Part shown: piece after piece, positions 9,808 to 22,233 of the stretch
Layout of the letters: the number at the start of each line of letters is the position of its first letter
Numbering within the stretch: the first letter of the stretch is position 1
NCBI GenBank assembly: GCA_040954595.2
Contig: CM082582.2
Span: forward strand, 2,650,303-2,714,302
Direction: 5' to 3'
Source: Balanoglossus misakiensis
Lineage: Eukaryota; Animalia; Hemichordata
Length of the DNA stretch: 64,000 nucleotides
Notes under the pieces: model-generated
The model's input: the letters and a program-made list of their open reading frames with translations, nothing else
Told to the model about the DNA's origin: nothing
The model's database searches: none
Program-made: the position numbers and the translations under genes

Positions 9808-12800
9808 ATGTCAGAGAACTATAATGTAATTTCAGCAAATGTGCGTGGTATTGCTAACTATAAGAAACGAAAAGGTGTTTTTCAGTGGTTGCAAAAGAAA
9901 AATCCAAATATCATTTTCCTTCAAGAAACTAATAGTGTGCCTAAAGATGAACAGCTGTGGCCAAGTCTACTCCCTGGTCATTTTATTTTTTCACACGGTA
10001 CCTCCAATAGTAGAGGTGTACTTGTTATTTTTAGAAATGTACATTTCTCTATTTATAATGTAAGTACCGATAAAGATTGTCGGATTATTATTTCAGTAGA
10101 TATTTTTGAAAAGCCGTATTTACTCATAAATTGTTATGGTCCAAATAATGAAACTGAGCATGTTTCATATCTTTCACAGATCACTGAAATGCTTTATGCT
10201 ATGGAAGTAGAACCAGATAGAGAGATTATTTGGGTAAGGGATCATAATATGACTATAAATCCTAACTTGGACAGGAAAGGTGGAAACCCAACCACGTGGA
10301 AAAAGTCAGCTACTATTTTGAGTGAGCTTTGTGCTAAATTTGATCTTTCGGATATTTGGAGAGTCCGTAATCCTTCCACGAGACGTTTTACCTGGAGCAA
10401 ATTGCGTCCCGAGTTAATTCAGAGTCGTTTAGATTATTTCTTAGTGAGCAGCTCTCTGCAGCAAGCTGTCTCAGATACAGATATCATTTCTTGTAATTAT
10501 AGTGACCATTCTGCAATTACTCTTTCCATTGGTGATAGTCGAGCCAGGCTTGGGCATTCCTACTGGAAGTTCAATAATAGCTTTCTTCTAGATGATCAGT
10601 TTATCAAACTTATTTGTGGCAACTTTGAAAATTGGGTAGATGAGTACCACTCTCAAGAGCCAATTCAAGTTTGGGATTTTTTGAAGTACAAAATTAAGAC
10701 AGCCTCTCTTTCTTATGGGAAACAAAAGGCAAAAGCTAGAAGAGATAATATTTCTGAGCTTGAGACCAAGCTTACCCATATGGAGGTAGCTCTAGCTTCT
10801 GATCCATCCAATGAGATTAGGGATGAGATTGAATGTATAAGAAAGGAATTGCAGATAGAATTAGATTACGTTGTTGAAGGTAGCATTATTCGTTCAAGAG
10901 CAAACTGGTATGAGCTGGGGGAAAAGAATACAAAGTATTTTCTTAGTTTGGAAAAGGCTAATTCTAAGAAGTCCCACAGTGTCCAAATTATAAATGATGA
11001 AGGGAGGAGGATTACGGACTCTCAAGAGATTTTAGGAGAACTTAAGTCTTTTTATTCCAAGCTTTATCATAGTAAACAAAATCATTAAAATCTGAACTCC
11101 ATTACCTACTTTTTCAACATGGTAAACTTGCCCATGTTAACTGATACAGATAGTGCCTCTTGTGATGGCCTCATCACTTATGATGAAGCGTTCCAGGCCC
11201 TCTCTAGTATGCCATCAAACAAAACTCCAGGTAATGATTGCCTGTCTGTTGAATTTTATATGAAATTTTGGCCTCTTATAGGTTACTATGTTGTTAATTC
11301 TTTAAACAAAGGTTATGAGATGGGTGTTTTGTCAAACTGTCAGAAGCAAGGTGTTATCACTCTCATTGAGAAAAAGGGTAAAGACAAACGTTTTGTTAAA
11401 AACTGGAGGCACATTACACTCTTAAATGTTGATTACAAGATTGGTGCGAAATGTATTTCTAGACATTTAGACAAGATCTTGCATAATATTATTAATGAGA
11501 CCCAGTGTGCTTTTATAAAGGGTCGTCAAATAGGTGATTGTGTAAGAATCATAGATAGCATTTTGGAGTTTACAAAAATGGAAAACTTACCTGGTATTCT
11601 TATGGCAGTAGCTTTTGAGAAGGCTTTTGACAGCCTAGAATGGCCATTTCTGTATTGAAGCTTTAAATTTTGGCCCTTCTCTTATGAATTGGATTCGCAC
11701 TTTTTATTCACATCCAACCAGCTGTGTTCTTAATTGTGGCCTCTCAACAGGATATTTTGATTTACAGCGATGTGTTCGTCAAGGAGACCCTCTATCCCCA
11801 GCTCTTTTTATCATTGGGTTGGAAGTACTTTTGTTGCTTTTCAACAAAATGATAATATTCATGGCATTGGTATATTAAACAAAGAAATCAAAAATGCTGC
11901 ATTTGCAGATGATCTGACATGTTTCTTGGCAGACGAAACATCTGCTGTGAATCTTATTTCTCTTTTAAACAATTTTCATTTAGCATCTGGTTTATGTATA
12001 AATCGTAACAAAACGGAAGCTATGTGGCTTGGCAAATGGAGGCACAGAGAGGATAAACCTTTTGGTATAAAATGGCCAGAGATGCCAATTAAAATTGTTG
12101 GCATTTTCTTTTCTTATAACCTTGCTGCTGCTTATAAAGAAAATATTAAAGGTCCCTTAGAATCTATGTCACGTTTGCTTTGCCACTGGCGGTCCAGAGG
12201 GCTTACCTAAATTGGTAAAATCCAGATTGTTAAAACATTGATAATTTCCAAGTTTCTGTACATTTTCAACCTTATAAATATCAAATTCTCAGATATCAAA
12301 ACAATTAACAGTGTCATCCACAAATTTATTTGGAATGGCCCTGATAGGGTCAGCAGAAATACGATAATCGGTGATATTAGAGAAGGGGGAATAGGCATGA
12401 TAGACATTTTTGCATTGTACAAAGCTTTTAAAATTTCATGGATTAAGCGCTACGTGTCTGAGACAAAGCTCCCATGGAAACTAATTTTGGATTTTTTTCT
12501 GCAACCAATTGGTGGCAGACTCATTTTCAGGTGTAACTACAGTGTAAAACCTCTTCCCATTCAACTACCAGACTTTGTCATTGAAATGTTGGAATTTTGG
12601 AGTGACATTAATCCTTGTAATTATTTTGGTTTTACGCAACAAATCATTTGGAACAACAAAGAAATTCTCATTAACAATTGTTCAATTTTTAATAAGTTTT
12701 TCTTCCAAAAAGGTATAGTGTACATTGTAGACATCTTTAATCAATACAATAATTTGAAAACGTGGTTTGATTTATCTGCTATGGGATGTACTCTTAACCA

Positions 12801-13514
12801 TCTTTTACAATGGCAAGGTATTTTACAGTCAATTCCATCAAATTGGAAGAAATGTAATGTGGAAGTAATTAGGCCAGAATTGCCTATCAGTGTAATAATT
12901 TGTAACAAAGTTATGCCATTGAGGAAGTGTACGGTGAAAAATATTAGAAAACTTTTCACAGCAAGTTATGTAATTCCTCCAAAGAGTGTGCTGTATTTTT
13001 CACAGTTTTTAACTGTGGACAAAAATGAGTGGTGTCACATTTTTGCACTACCATTCAAGGTCACAATAGAAACAAAATTGCAAGAGTTCCAGTGGAAGTT
13101 AAATCATAATGTTTTATATACAAACCGTATTTTGTTTCATATGAATCCTCCCAGAGTTAACAGTAGTCTTTGTACTTTTTGTCAAAAAGTCGACGAAACC
13201 ATTCTTCATCTATTTGTAGAGTGTGAATGTGTACAAACTTTATGGAGAAGCGTTTTGCTCCTGTGGGGCTCTGCACTTGATGCACCTCCTAATCTTTCCG
13301 CTAAACAAATTCTCTTGTGAGATGCATCTCTTAATTCACTTTTAAATCGCGTAATACTTGTCACAAAGAATACTATTTATGATTGTAAGGTCTCCCTTCC
13401 TTCAATATTGTGAAAATAAATGTACGAATTATGAAGAAAGTGGAAATGTGTATTGCCAAAAGAAATAAATGTATAGAGAATGCTTTACTGAAATGGGAAA
13501 ATTTTGATGTTTAA
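9808..13514 (+). pseudogene. L1/Tx1 ORF2 (AP endonuclease, reverse transcriptase, C-terminal zinc knuckle), disrupted
   Basis: APE motifs NVRG, FLQET, SRLDYFLVS and SDH; Tx1-like WYELGEKNTKYF; RT motifs KNWRHITLLNVDYKI, EKAFDS, RQGDPLS and FADD; CTFC..ETILHLFVEC. Split across the ORFs at 9781, 11119, 11684, 11770 and 12238 by stops and frameshifts. Confidence 0.9.
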
Positions 13515-13706
13515 TGATATCTGTAACTTGAGAATCTCCTTTGAAATTGCATATACAACAATTTAATATATACCACAATTTAATATGTAATATTTGTTAC
13601 TGAATCTGTATCTGTACCTTTAAATGTATCAGCATCTGTTTTTTGAGCGCTGTAAAATTCTTTATCTCCCAAATTAAATTAAATAAATTAAAAAAAAAAA
13701 AATGTC

Positions 13707-13937
13707 TGTTATGATATACCTATAATCTCACTATAGCATACCACATGCAATGCTTTGATAGAGCGCCCTCTAGCAGAGTTCATATGACATTGTAAGGTCA
13801 TGATTTTTCCCGCGTTCATGGCTGCCATCTTGTACTAGCAGAACGTACAGTTGTTGTGTTCGTGTTCCAGTTGAAGTTTCTCATGAAACGAGTTACACAA
13901 AACATTACCTGATCTCACCGAGTCAGTAAACATAACA
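13707..13937 (+). repeat. 5' LTR
   Basis: tgttatg...cataaca with 7-bp inverted termini; direct repeat of 19307-19541 with roughly ten to twelve differences by eye. Confidence 0.9.
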
Positions 13938-13953
13938 TGGTGACCCAGTGACG
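13938..13953 (+). promoter_or_regulatory. Primer-binding site (tRNA-Trp-like)
   Basis: tggtgaccc immediately follows the 5' LTR. The first 9 nt are complementary to the animal tRNA-Trp 3' end (...GGGUCACCA); the tRNA assignment is tentative. Confidence 0.6.
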
Positions 13954-14085
13954 GTTGACATCAGAAGACGAGTGATACCCAATCCGAAGCAATTGGCGTA
14001 AGTTGACTTTTGATGTGAACACAGCCTAGCCTAATGTATAGCATATACCTAGCAACACACAGCGAGCACATTTCCCGAAACGACC

Positions 14086-17000
14086 ATGGCAAACAAAATA
14101 CCGGTTATGAACTGGGAGTCGGACAATTTAACTGAATCCTTCGACCTATTTAATCATTGCCGCTACGCCAATACTTGAGTTCCAGAAAGAGCTGTTAACA
14201 AAACCTAAAAAATACACGCTCAATGAAGCCATAGCCCTCAGTAGAACTTATGTAGCCGCCAATGCGCATGTGTCTGCACTGAAGACTATGGGGCAAGCAA
14301 CGCCGCCTGAACCAGGAGAAGTTGTACACTCTGCCAGGGCGAAGGTGCATAACCACAAACAAAGCAAGCTGAAGCAAAACACAGGTGGGGAATGCAGAAA
14401 CTGTGGCCTGGACCACCCGCCAAGAAAATGTCCAGCTTTCGGACAGGACTGCAGGAAATGTGGCAATCACAACCACTGGGCAAAGAAATGCCGCTCTACC
14501 ACCAATAAAAACACTCAACCAGCTGATCAGCATGATAAGAAAACGCATGACTATACCACATACCGAACACTGTTTGGCCCAAACCACAAGCCAGACACAA
14601 CTGATATGCGTCTTAGCGGATATGGAGGCAAACGTTTCCCAAACCATGGGAAAGTAACTGTCCCGGTCATCGAGCATCAAAACGCCCGTCTACTTAACGT
14701 CGTGTCCTTCATCTCAGAACAGGGGAACAACCTACTCGGCCTCAGCTTATGCGCCAAGCTAGGACTTGTGAAATTTCCCTGTGATAGACACAGCTGCTTT
14801 GAGAAATTCGATGTGAAAGAAATCGCATCGTACACCAGCAAGGAACATTTCATCAATGACAACGCTGATGTGTTCGAAGGTGTTGGCAAAATCCAAAATG
14901 AACACAAAATCCAGCTGTCTGATGGAGCAGTGCCCACAGTTAACGCAACAAGGAGAACACCCGACGCACTGAAAACCCCTCTCAGACAAGAACTTGACCG
15001 TCTGATTGAAATCGGCGTCATCAGGGAAGTACAGGAACCGACTGAATGGGTCAACAACATTGAACTTGTCACAAAGGCTGACGGATCCCTACGCATATGT
15101 CTGGACCCACGCGAACTTAACAAGTTCATCAAACGTCCACACTACTACGCGAAAACTCTTGATGACATTCTTCCAGAGCTGAAGAACGCAAAGTACTTCT
15201 CAACACTTGATCTCAGAAGCGGATATTGGAATATCCCACTTGATGAGGAATCGCAACTCCTCACCACATTCAGCACTATATACGGCAGATATTGCTTCAC
15301 ACGCCTACCGTTTGGACTCATCTCAGCCCAAGAAGTATTCAAGATTGAGCTGGATCGGATTTTCCAGAAGGTCAGCAATGAATACTGCATAAAGGATGAC
15401 ATCCTCATTGCTGCCGAATCCAGACAACAGCATGACATAGCCATACAAAATGTCATGAAAGCCTGCAGACAGAACAATGTCAAGCTCAACGGCGAGAAAT
15501 GTCAGTTTAACAAAGACAGAGTTAAGCTGTTCGGACACATCCTGAGCAAAGATGGAGTATCGCCCGACCCATCTAAAGTGGCTGCAATCCAGAAACTGAA
15601 AGTGCCAACAAACAAACAAGAGCTACAGTCACTCCTCAGTCTCGTAAACTACCTGTCAAAGTTCGTGAAGCTGAGTCCACTGACTGAACCACTCAGAAAA
15701 CTACTACAGAAAGACGTCCTGTTTATTTGGTCTGAAAGCCACGACCAAGCACTACACAGGATAAATGCTATCACCAAAGCGCCAGTACTTACCTACTTCG
15801 ACGCTAGCAAAGAAATCGTGATCCAGTGTGATGCATCATGCAAAGGTCTAGGTGCTGTGTTACTGCAGAATGGCAAACCAATCCATTTCGCATCGAAAGC
15901 CCTCACCCCCACTGAGTCTAACTACAGCAACATAGAACGCGAGATGTTAGCTGTTGTATGGGCAACGATACACTTCAAGCACTACGTGTTTAGTAGACGT
16001 TATACCATTCACACCGACCACAAGCCACTATACTAGAAGCGATAGCAAAGAAGCAAATTTGCAAGATGCCAGTTAGGCTGCAGAGACTGATTCTACACAT
16101 ACAGGGATACAAGTACGCTATCCATTACGTCCCAGGTCAGGACGTACCACTCGCCGACTGTTTTTCCAGATGCGTAGACACGAAGCAGACCACATATCAG
16201 TTTCCTGATGTTCATGTTCATGTGCACGAAATTTCCACTATGAAGCCCTTTGTCATAGATCGGATCCGCCAACTGACTGACGCTGACTCAGTTCTTCAGT
16301 CATTGTCTGTGTACATAACAAACGGATGGCCGAAAGAGAAGAACCAGTGCAACGAAACAGCCCACGCATACTGACAGCATCGCTCTAAGGGTGTTGTGCT
16401 GAAAGGTCACAGAATCGTCATACCGTCCAGTATGAGTCAACACATCCAACAAGTACTTCACCAACAGCACCAAGGTGTCGAGAAAACCAGACTTCGAGCA
16501 CGACAATCAGTGTACTGGCCCGGTCTGAACGCAGACATCGAAAACATGGTACGCGACTGTAACCAATGTCAGTCATATCAGCGAAGCCAAACCAAGCTTC
16601 CAGTACAACCAATCCACAGCATTGAAGCCATGCAGACAATTGGCAGCGACTTATTCGAGTTTGAGTTATCTCAGTACCTGCTTAGCGTTGACTACTACAC
16701 AGGTTTCGTCTGGGCAAACAAGCTACCCAACACACGAAGCTCAACAGTCATCGGCAAGCTAGACGAAATTTTCTCCAATTTCGGCTACCCCGAGAAATTG
16801 ATTTCCGACAACGGCTCACAACTCATAAGTGAGGAATGATACCACGAGTACTGCAGATCCCATGAAATACGGTATTCCACCAGTGCACCCTATCACCAAC
16901 AAGCGAATGGGCGTGCAGAAAGAGGCACGGTGAAAGCCATGCTTAAAAGTCGCTCAAGAAAGGAGAGGAAAACCTGAGAGAAATCCTCACAACGCTACGT

Positions 17001-19044
17001 GATACACCCATCACAGCAGACGTTCCGTCTCCATTCGCGTTGATGTTCCCCGGCAGAAAGGTGGAGACAAATCTTCCATTCATACAGTACCGGTACGGTC
17101 ATCAACCAGCCTCAGATGTCTACAGAGACAGAATCGAGCAGCGAGCAAACTCAAATGGAGGCAGGTATGTAAGAGGTCAAAACTCGGTAGTCTTCACCAG
17201 GTTCTGCGCCAGGCGCATTTTCATAAAAGGGAACTCTGCGCCATGTGTTTGCACCATGCATTCTGCGCCACCCTTTGCGCCAAGCGATCTGCGTACGTAC
17301 GTGCATGTGTAGGATGGACGGCAACAACGCGGCGTCCCAGTGGAGCCTGGGTCTCGTTCGCGTTCGCCTCGCAGTCCTAGGGGACCATTGATGGACGATC
17401 GATAAAAATAAAGCATGTAATAACGTTTTCAAACCTGGTGGTTTTGCCATGTTGAATGTATCATTTTTCTTGCGTCGTATTTCTCAATGCAAAATAATTG
17501 TTAACTTGTTATTTGGAAAGAGAACGTAGACAATTTTATTCAGAATGCGGATGTGCCCATCGTAATTGAAGCTGCCAGCCCCTTAGAATGATACTACTGC
17601 CTACACGTTGATCACCTGATCGCATCGCCCAGTCTCACTTGGCTATGGGCTACGGCTGTGATCTCAGGACGTCCTGTTCAAATTTCTGGCCGTGAAATTG
17701 TTTTTCTCGGTGCATTTTCGCAAATCGTACTGTTTTATAGGTAGGCATGTACGATAAAGGGGTTATTACACGAATTTTGGTCGATAACGCGACGCATTCT
17801 CGTGATGACATCATGTAAAGTGATCATTGCCACTTCGAACACCGACAGCGTTGGTCGGTCCCACCCCTCAAATTCAACCGATCACTTCATTGAAAAGGTT
17901 GACATCATGTCTTTCATCAAAAATTACCGCCTAGATGTGCTAATTTTGGTTTTCCTGTCTTCCGAACAATAGTCAAGACGACGGTTTGTCAACACTTCGT
18001 TAGCAATTTACTGATAAGCCACCCCTTGGCGAGGTGTGAATCTCTGTTGTAAACAATACAACCTACAGTGAGGCCACGTAGTGTCGACTAGGGCGGCGAT
18101 TTATTAATCTTATCGGTGAATATTAATTATGACAGTAAAACATGAGTGACAACACTGAAAACGTCGACCCAGATGGCGACTCGCTATCTCACCGAAATCC
18201 AGAATTTGAAATCGATGACCGAACGCCATTGTGCAGAAGCGATGTTCCCTAAAACAATCATCTCTCAACGGTTTTCTGAAGAAATAATAGACTGAACGTT
18301 GTTTACGAAGTTATCAGTAGTTTCCAGGAAACCAACTGTTCCTGTTAACCCATTCAGCCCGCGAACGAACTTGAATTTACTTTTTTTTTCTCAACAATTT
18401 TCAGAAATTACACGCTGTATAAAAGTTCTTTTTAATTACCTTTCATTTGAAATAAACATGTAATGTACAAACGTGTATATTGTGCGTGTACTGGGACGCT
18501 GCGTTGTTACCGTCCATCCTACACATGCACGTACGTGAATAGGGTGGCGCAGATCGCTTGGCGCAAAGGGTGGCGCAGAATGCATGGTGCAAACACATGG
18601 CGCAGATTTCCCTTTTATGAAAATGCGCCTGGCGCAGAACCTGGTGCAGACTACCGAGTTTTGACCTCTTACATACCTCATGGAGGACATGCTGAAAAAA
18701 TGCCACTCCATATTGGCTCCCCATGCAGATTTCAGAAGACACCAAAGTCAACCTGGCAACCAGCTACGGTGATTGACAAGTCGTCTGATCGCAGATACAC
18801 CATCCGGACCCCGGAGGGAGTTCAATATCAGCGTGATTTAGTTCATGTAAAGCCCACGCACCAACCGCACCACAATGCAGCATCCAGCCGCACTGCAACT
18901 GATGAAACAGGTGATCGCCAGCCAGATGTCAGATGCGCACTCAAGGCAGACACCGCTCAAGAAACACTTGCTCCTTGTTCTGTGGATCGCCCAAAGCGGA
19001 ACAGTAAACTACCGAGCAAATTCGATGATTTTGTACTCTCGTGA
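14086..19044 (+). pseudogene. Gypsy gag-pol remnant (gag zinc knuckles, RT, RNase H, integrase), interrupted by stops, frameshifts and a MITE
   Basis: Gag start MANKIPVMNWESDNL at 14086; CRNCGLDH..CPAFGQDCRKCGNHNHWAKKC; RT LRICLDPRELN, LDLRSGYW, RLPFG and IKDD; RNase H CDAS, YSNIEREML and TDHKPL; integrase HQQHQG..C..C, DLF, SDNG and ANGRAER; C-terminal WQPATV resumes after the MITE. Confidence 0.9.
17162..18679. mobile_element. MITE / non-autonomous DNA transposon with ~180-bp TIRs, nested in the Gypsy integrase
   Basis: aggtatgtaagaggtcaaaactcggtagtc... from 17163 is the reverse complement of ...gactaccgagttttgacctcttacatacct ending at 18678. TSD atggagg at 17155-17161 and 18680-18686. Confidence 0.9.
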
Positions 19045-19295
19045 ATCACCAGAGACCATTAGTTGTTGATGTTGCATTCTTGTTAAAACATTTCACAAAG
19101 CTGAAAATCTTGCAGTACATTTCACAGTGTTGGTGTTATTCCCAGTGTCAAAACTTTAGCGTTATTTGAACATTACAATGAACACTGTTTGCATGAATTC
19201 ATAGACTGATAGGAACTCTCAGTTGATAGAACATTATGGACTCTGTGTCTGAACATTTATCGCAATACACTTTTCACAAGTTTGCTATCCAGCTT

Positions 19296-19306
19296 AAGGA
19301 GGGGGA
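19296..19306 (+). promoter_or_regulatory. Polypurine tract
   Basis: aaggaggggga immediately precedes the 3' LTR. Confidence 0.85.
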
Positions 19307-19541
19307 TGTTATGATATGCCTATAACCCACTATAGCATACCACATGCAATGCTTTGATAGAGCGCCCTCTAGCAGAGTTTATATGACATTGTAAGGTCAT
19401 GTTTTTTCCCTGCGTTCATGGCTGCCATCTTGTACTAGCAGAACGTACAGTTGTTCAATGTGTTCGTGTTCCAGTTAAAGTTTCTCATTAAAAGAGTTAC
19501 ACAAAACGTTACCTGATCTCACCGAGTCAGTAAACATAACA
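19307..19541 (+). repeat. 3' LTR
   Basis: tgttatg...cataaca; direct repeat of 13707-13937. Confidence 0.9.
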
Positions 19542-19779
19542 GTGTCCAAATGAAAAGATACATCTGCATCTAAGTCAAATTGCAAAAAGGTGTCAAAAGT
19601 GACAAATCTTATCATGTATGTCATCGAACTCAAACGATAAAATCTTCCTTTCATGTGACCTGCCTGGTTAAAGTTTACTGACAACATTTCTCCATGTTTT
19701 ACCCACCCCAGACACAGTGTGACAAATCCAATATTTGATACAGTGAATGAACCTTGAAGTTTCCCAATCGGTACTACCC

Positions 19780-20500
19780 CAAAACCTCACAGCAAGCTAA
19801 ATGTGGAATTTGGATGGGGTGGGGAGTTGAAGCTAACCTAACATATAGTCGTTTAGATTTAACATTATGCGTGCGAGTTACGTGTTAATATTTTCTGCAT
19901 GTCTGCCGCGTACAGTGTGTCGGTGCGTGAAAATGATCACAGGTACCATTCCGAAGAATTCCACTGAATCATGATGACGATGTGCATGGAAAAATCCTGA
20001 TTATGAACTATCTGAGAAACAATAGCATGTTATTCATAAAATATACACATTAACCAATGAACGAACCATCATGATGAGTATACCCCGACACTTATTTAAG
20101 CTTTTATTATTATTATACCTTTGTCATTACTATCAATATTTACAGCCTGTACACCAAAGCTATCACCACATTTGTTAACCTTTATTACACCATTCACATA
20201 AAACCCTTCACCATCATTAAAAGGTATGTAAGGGTGTCGAAAATACAATAGTGAGGGGCCAAAGTGCGGGACATGCACAGTGCAATTATCTTTATTATAC
20301 TCATTGTTTGGCCCATTATAATCTGTGTACACTCAATTTTACCGCAAACCATCACCACATTTGTTAACTGTTTATTAAACCCTTCCACGTGTGTTGCCCA
20401 TTATTATACCATTCACATTTGTAAACCAATCATCATACCCTTCATACAAGCAATTGCTGATTGCTGTTAACCCTTGTGTACCACAAGCCATCATCACGAA
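19780..20500 (+). repeat. Dispersed repeat X, copy 1
   Basis: agctaaatgtggaatttggatggggtggggag...aatagcatgttattcataaaa...cacattaaccaat...gacacttattta is colinear with 55657-56420. Confidence 0.75.
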
Positions 20501-20509
20501 AAAGGCAAC

Positions 20510-21715
20510 ATGAATTTCACATAACACAGTTTGACAGCTCTGCAAATGAAGTTATCATGACCATTACCTATGCTAATTAAAAATGTTGTGTACATGGCAA
20601 CATGACCTTAGCCGGCGCTGCGTTATTAAGCTCACTGTCAGAGTATTAATAAATGTACAGGCGTACAAATTAGACAACATCAATATAATGCACATAACAC
20701 AGTTTGTCAACTCTGAGAATATTGTTCTCAGGACCATTTCCCAGGCTAAATAACAATGTTGTGTATGTGTTACAGTTTGGATTCCTTGTCAGATTTCCTA
20801 TAACACAGTTTGTGAGCCCTGAAAATTCTCATAAGACAGTTCTCATGAACATTTCCCATGCTCAATAAATGTGTTGCGTGTGGCATAATTATTTTCCCTC
20901 TGCTGCGACATTTGTCTCCCTTTTAGAGTTTAAGTAAATGTGGAGACATGCAAATTAGGCAACATCAATATCCCGTACATAACTCAGTGTGTTTTGTTCA
21001 CATTTTTGGTTTTCACTTTGAAAATGAACAAAGGACTTTCCTATCATTGAGCAACACTCCAAGTTAACAGTTGCTCAATATACAAGGTAACTTTATAGAT
21101 CACTAAAACCATCTAGCATACCTGGGTACCTAAATGTAGTGAGAATAAAGCACGTTGAGGTTGGTGCCCCAAACCTTCTTGAAGACAACTGGTTGCTAAC
21201 AATTGTCAATTAGGCAACTTGAATATCCTACACATAACACAGTTTGTCAACTCTGAGAATACTGTTCTTAAGACTATTTCCCATGCTAAATAGAAATGTT
21301 GTGTGACAGTATGCGGTAAAATGACATTCCCATACATTGCCTTATTTAGCTCATAATCAGAATTTCAGTAAATGTAGAGACATGCAAGTTTAGCAGCTTG
21401 AATTTCCCATAACACTGTTTGTGAGCTCCGAGAACACAGTTCTCATTAACATTTCCCATGCTCAATAAAAGTGTTGTGTATGTTTCACAATGATCTTTTT
21501 ATAGGCAGCCTTGTTTAGCTACTACTAGAATTCAAGTAAATGTGGAGACGTTCAAATTAGGCAACATCACTATCCCATACATAGCACAGTTTGTAAATGT
21601 GAATACGTCCATATTACCCAACTTGAATTTTACTTAAACAATTGGTCAGCTCTGCGAATATAGTTCACCTGACCAATTCCTATGCTAAGTAAGAGTGTCG
21701 TTTATGTAATAATAT
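20510..21715 (+). repeat. Old, diverged tandem repeat Y (~173-bp monomer)
   Basis: The motif chain cataacacagtttgtcaactctgagaat...catttcccatgct...gtaaatgtggagac..caaattaggcaac recurs at ~20520, 20693, 20799, 20978, 21233, 21408 and 21580. Confidence 0.75.
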
Positions 21716-22233
21716 TAATATTTAAATGGCAACACTACTATCACTAACAAACTAATAAAACAGACACAAGTGTTGGGGGTAAAGGTCAACTATTTTAATT
21801 TCTCATGTTGACCGGCTAAATAGCCTGAAAAACCGCCAGAACAGGAATTACAGAATGCAGAGGCGAAGCATGTAACACTAAAAGCGCTTCTAACGATAAA
21901 GCTCTTAACTTTTAATAACATTATCGTATTTTTTTAAACAATGGGAGGGAGGGTGGGGAATGTCCGCTGTCCGTCTGGGCAAAAAAACCACGAGGTAGCC
22001 TCGTCCCAGGACCAACTCCCACATCCTCGATCCCAGCTCCATTTAAACTCCAATAAAACAAGTGTTATTGTACACTTAAATGGCAACACTACTATCATTA
22101 ACAAACTAATAAAACAGACACAAGTGTTGGGGGTAAAGGTCAACTAGTTTAATTTCTCATGTTGACCGGCTAAATAGCCTGAAAAACCGCCAAACAATAC
22201 CCCCAACACAGGCAGTGCGTGCTAGCGCCCTTA

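Larger units (their letters stand above)
8361..13702 (+). mobile_element. Full-length, decayed L1/Tx1-clade non-LTR retrotransposon
   Basis: ORF1 followed by ORF2 (APE-RT-CCHC), an AT-rich 3' UTR, aataaa and a poly(A) tail at ~13690-13702. Probable 12-bp TSD atgtctgttatg at 8349-8360 and 13702-13713. Confidence 0.9.
13707..19541 (+). mobile_element. Ty3/Gypsy LTR retrotransposon (Mag-like), decayed and internally deleted
   Basis: Two TG...CA LTRs, a PBS, a PPT, and domain order gag-(PR)-RT-RNaseH-INT. Flanks atgtc and gtgtc fit a 5-bp TSD with one mismatch. The double zinc knuckle is typical of Mag-lineage gag. Confidence 0.9.

Noticed and set aside
14195-16639. Antisense and alternate-frame ORFs over the Gypsy pol (likewise over the LINE and Ngaro ORFs)
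   Set aside because: They are shadow ORFs of real coding frames and carry no motifs.
17040-19044. ORFs at 17040, 17151, 18436 and 18463 as genes
   Set aside because: They are chimeras of MITE TIR sequence and Gypsy integrase fragments; the mirrored peptides simply reflect the inverted repeats.
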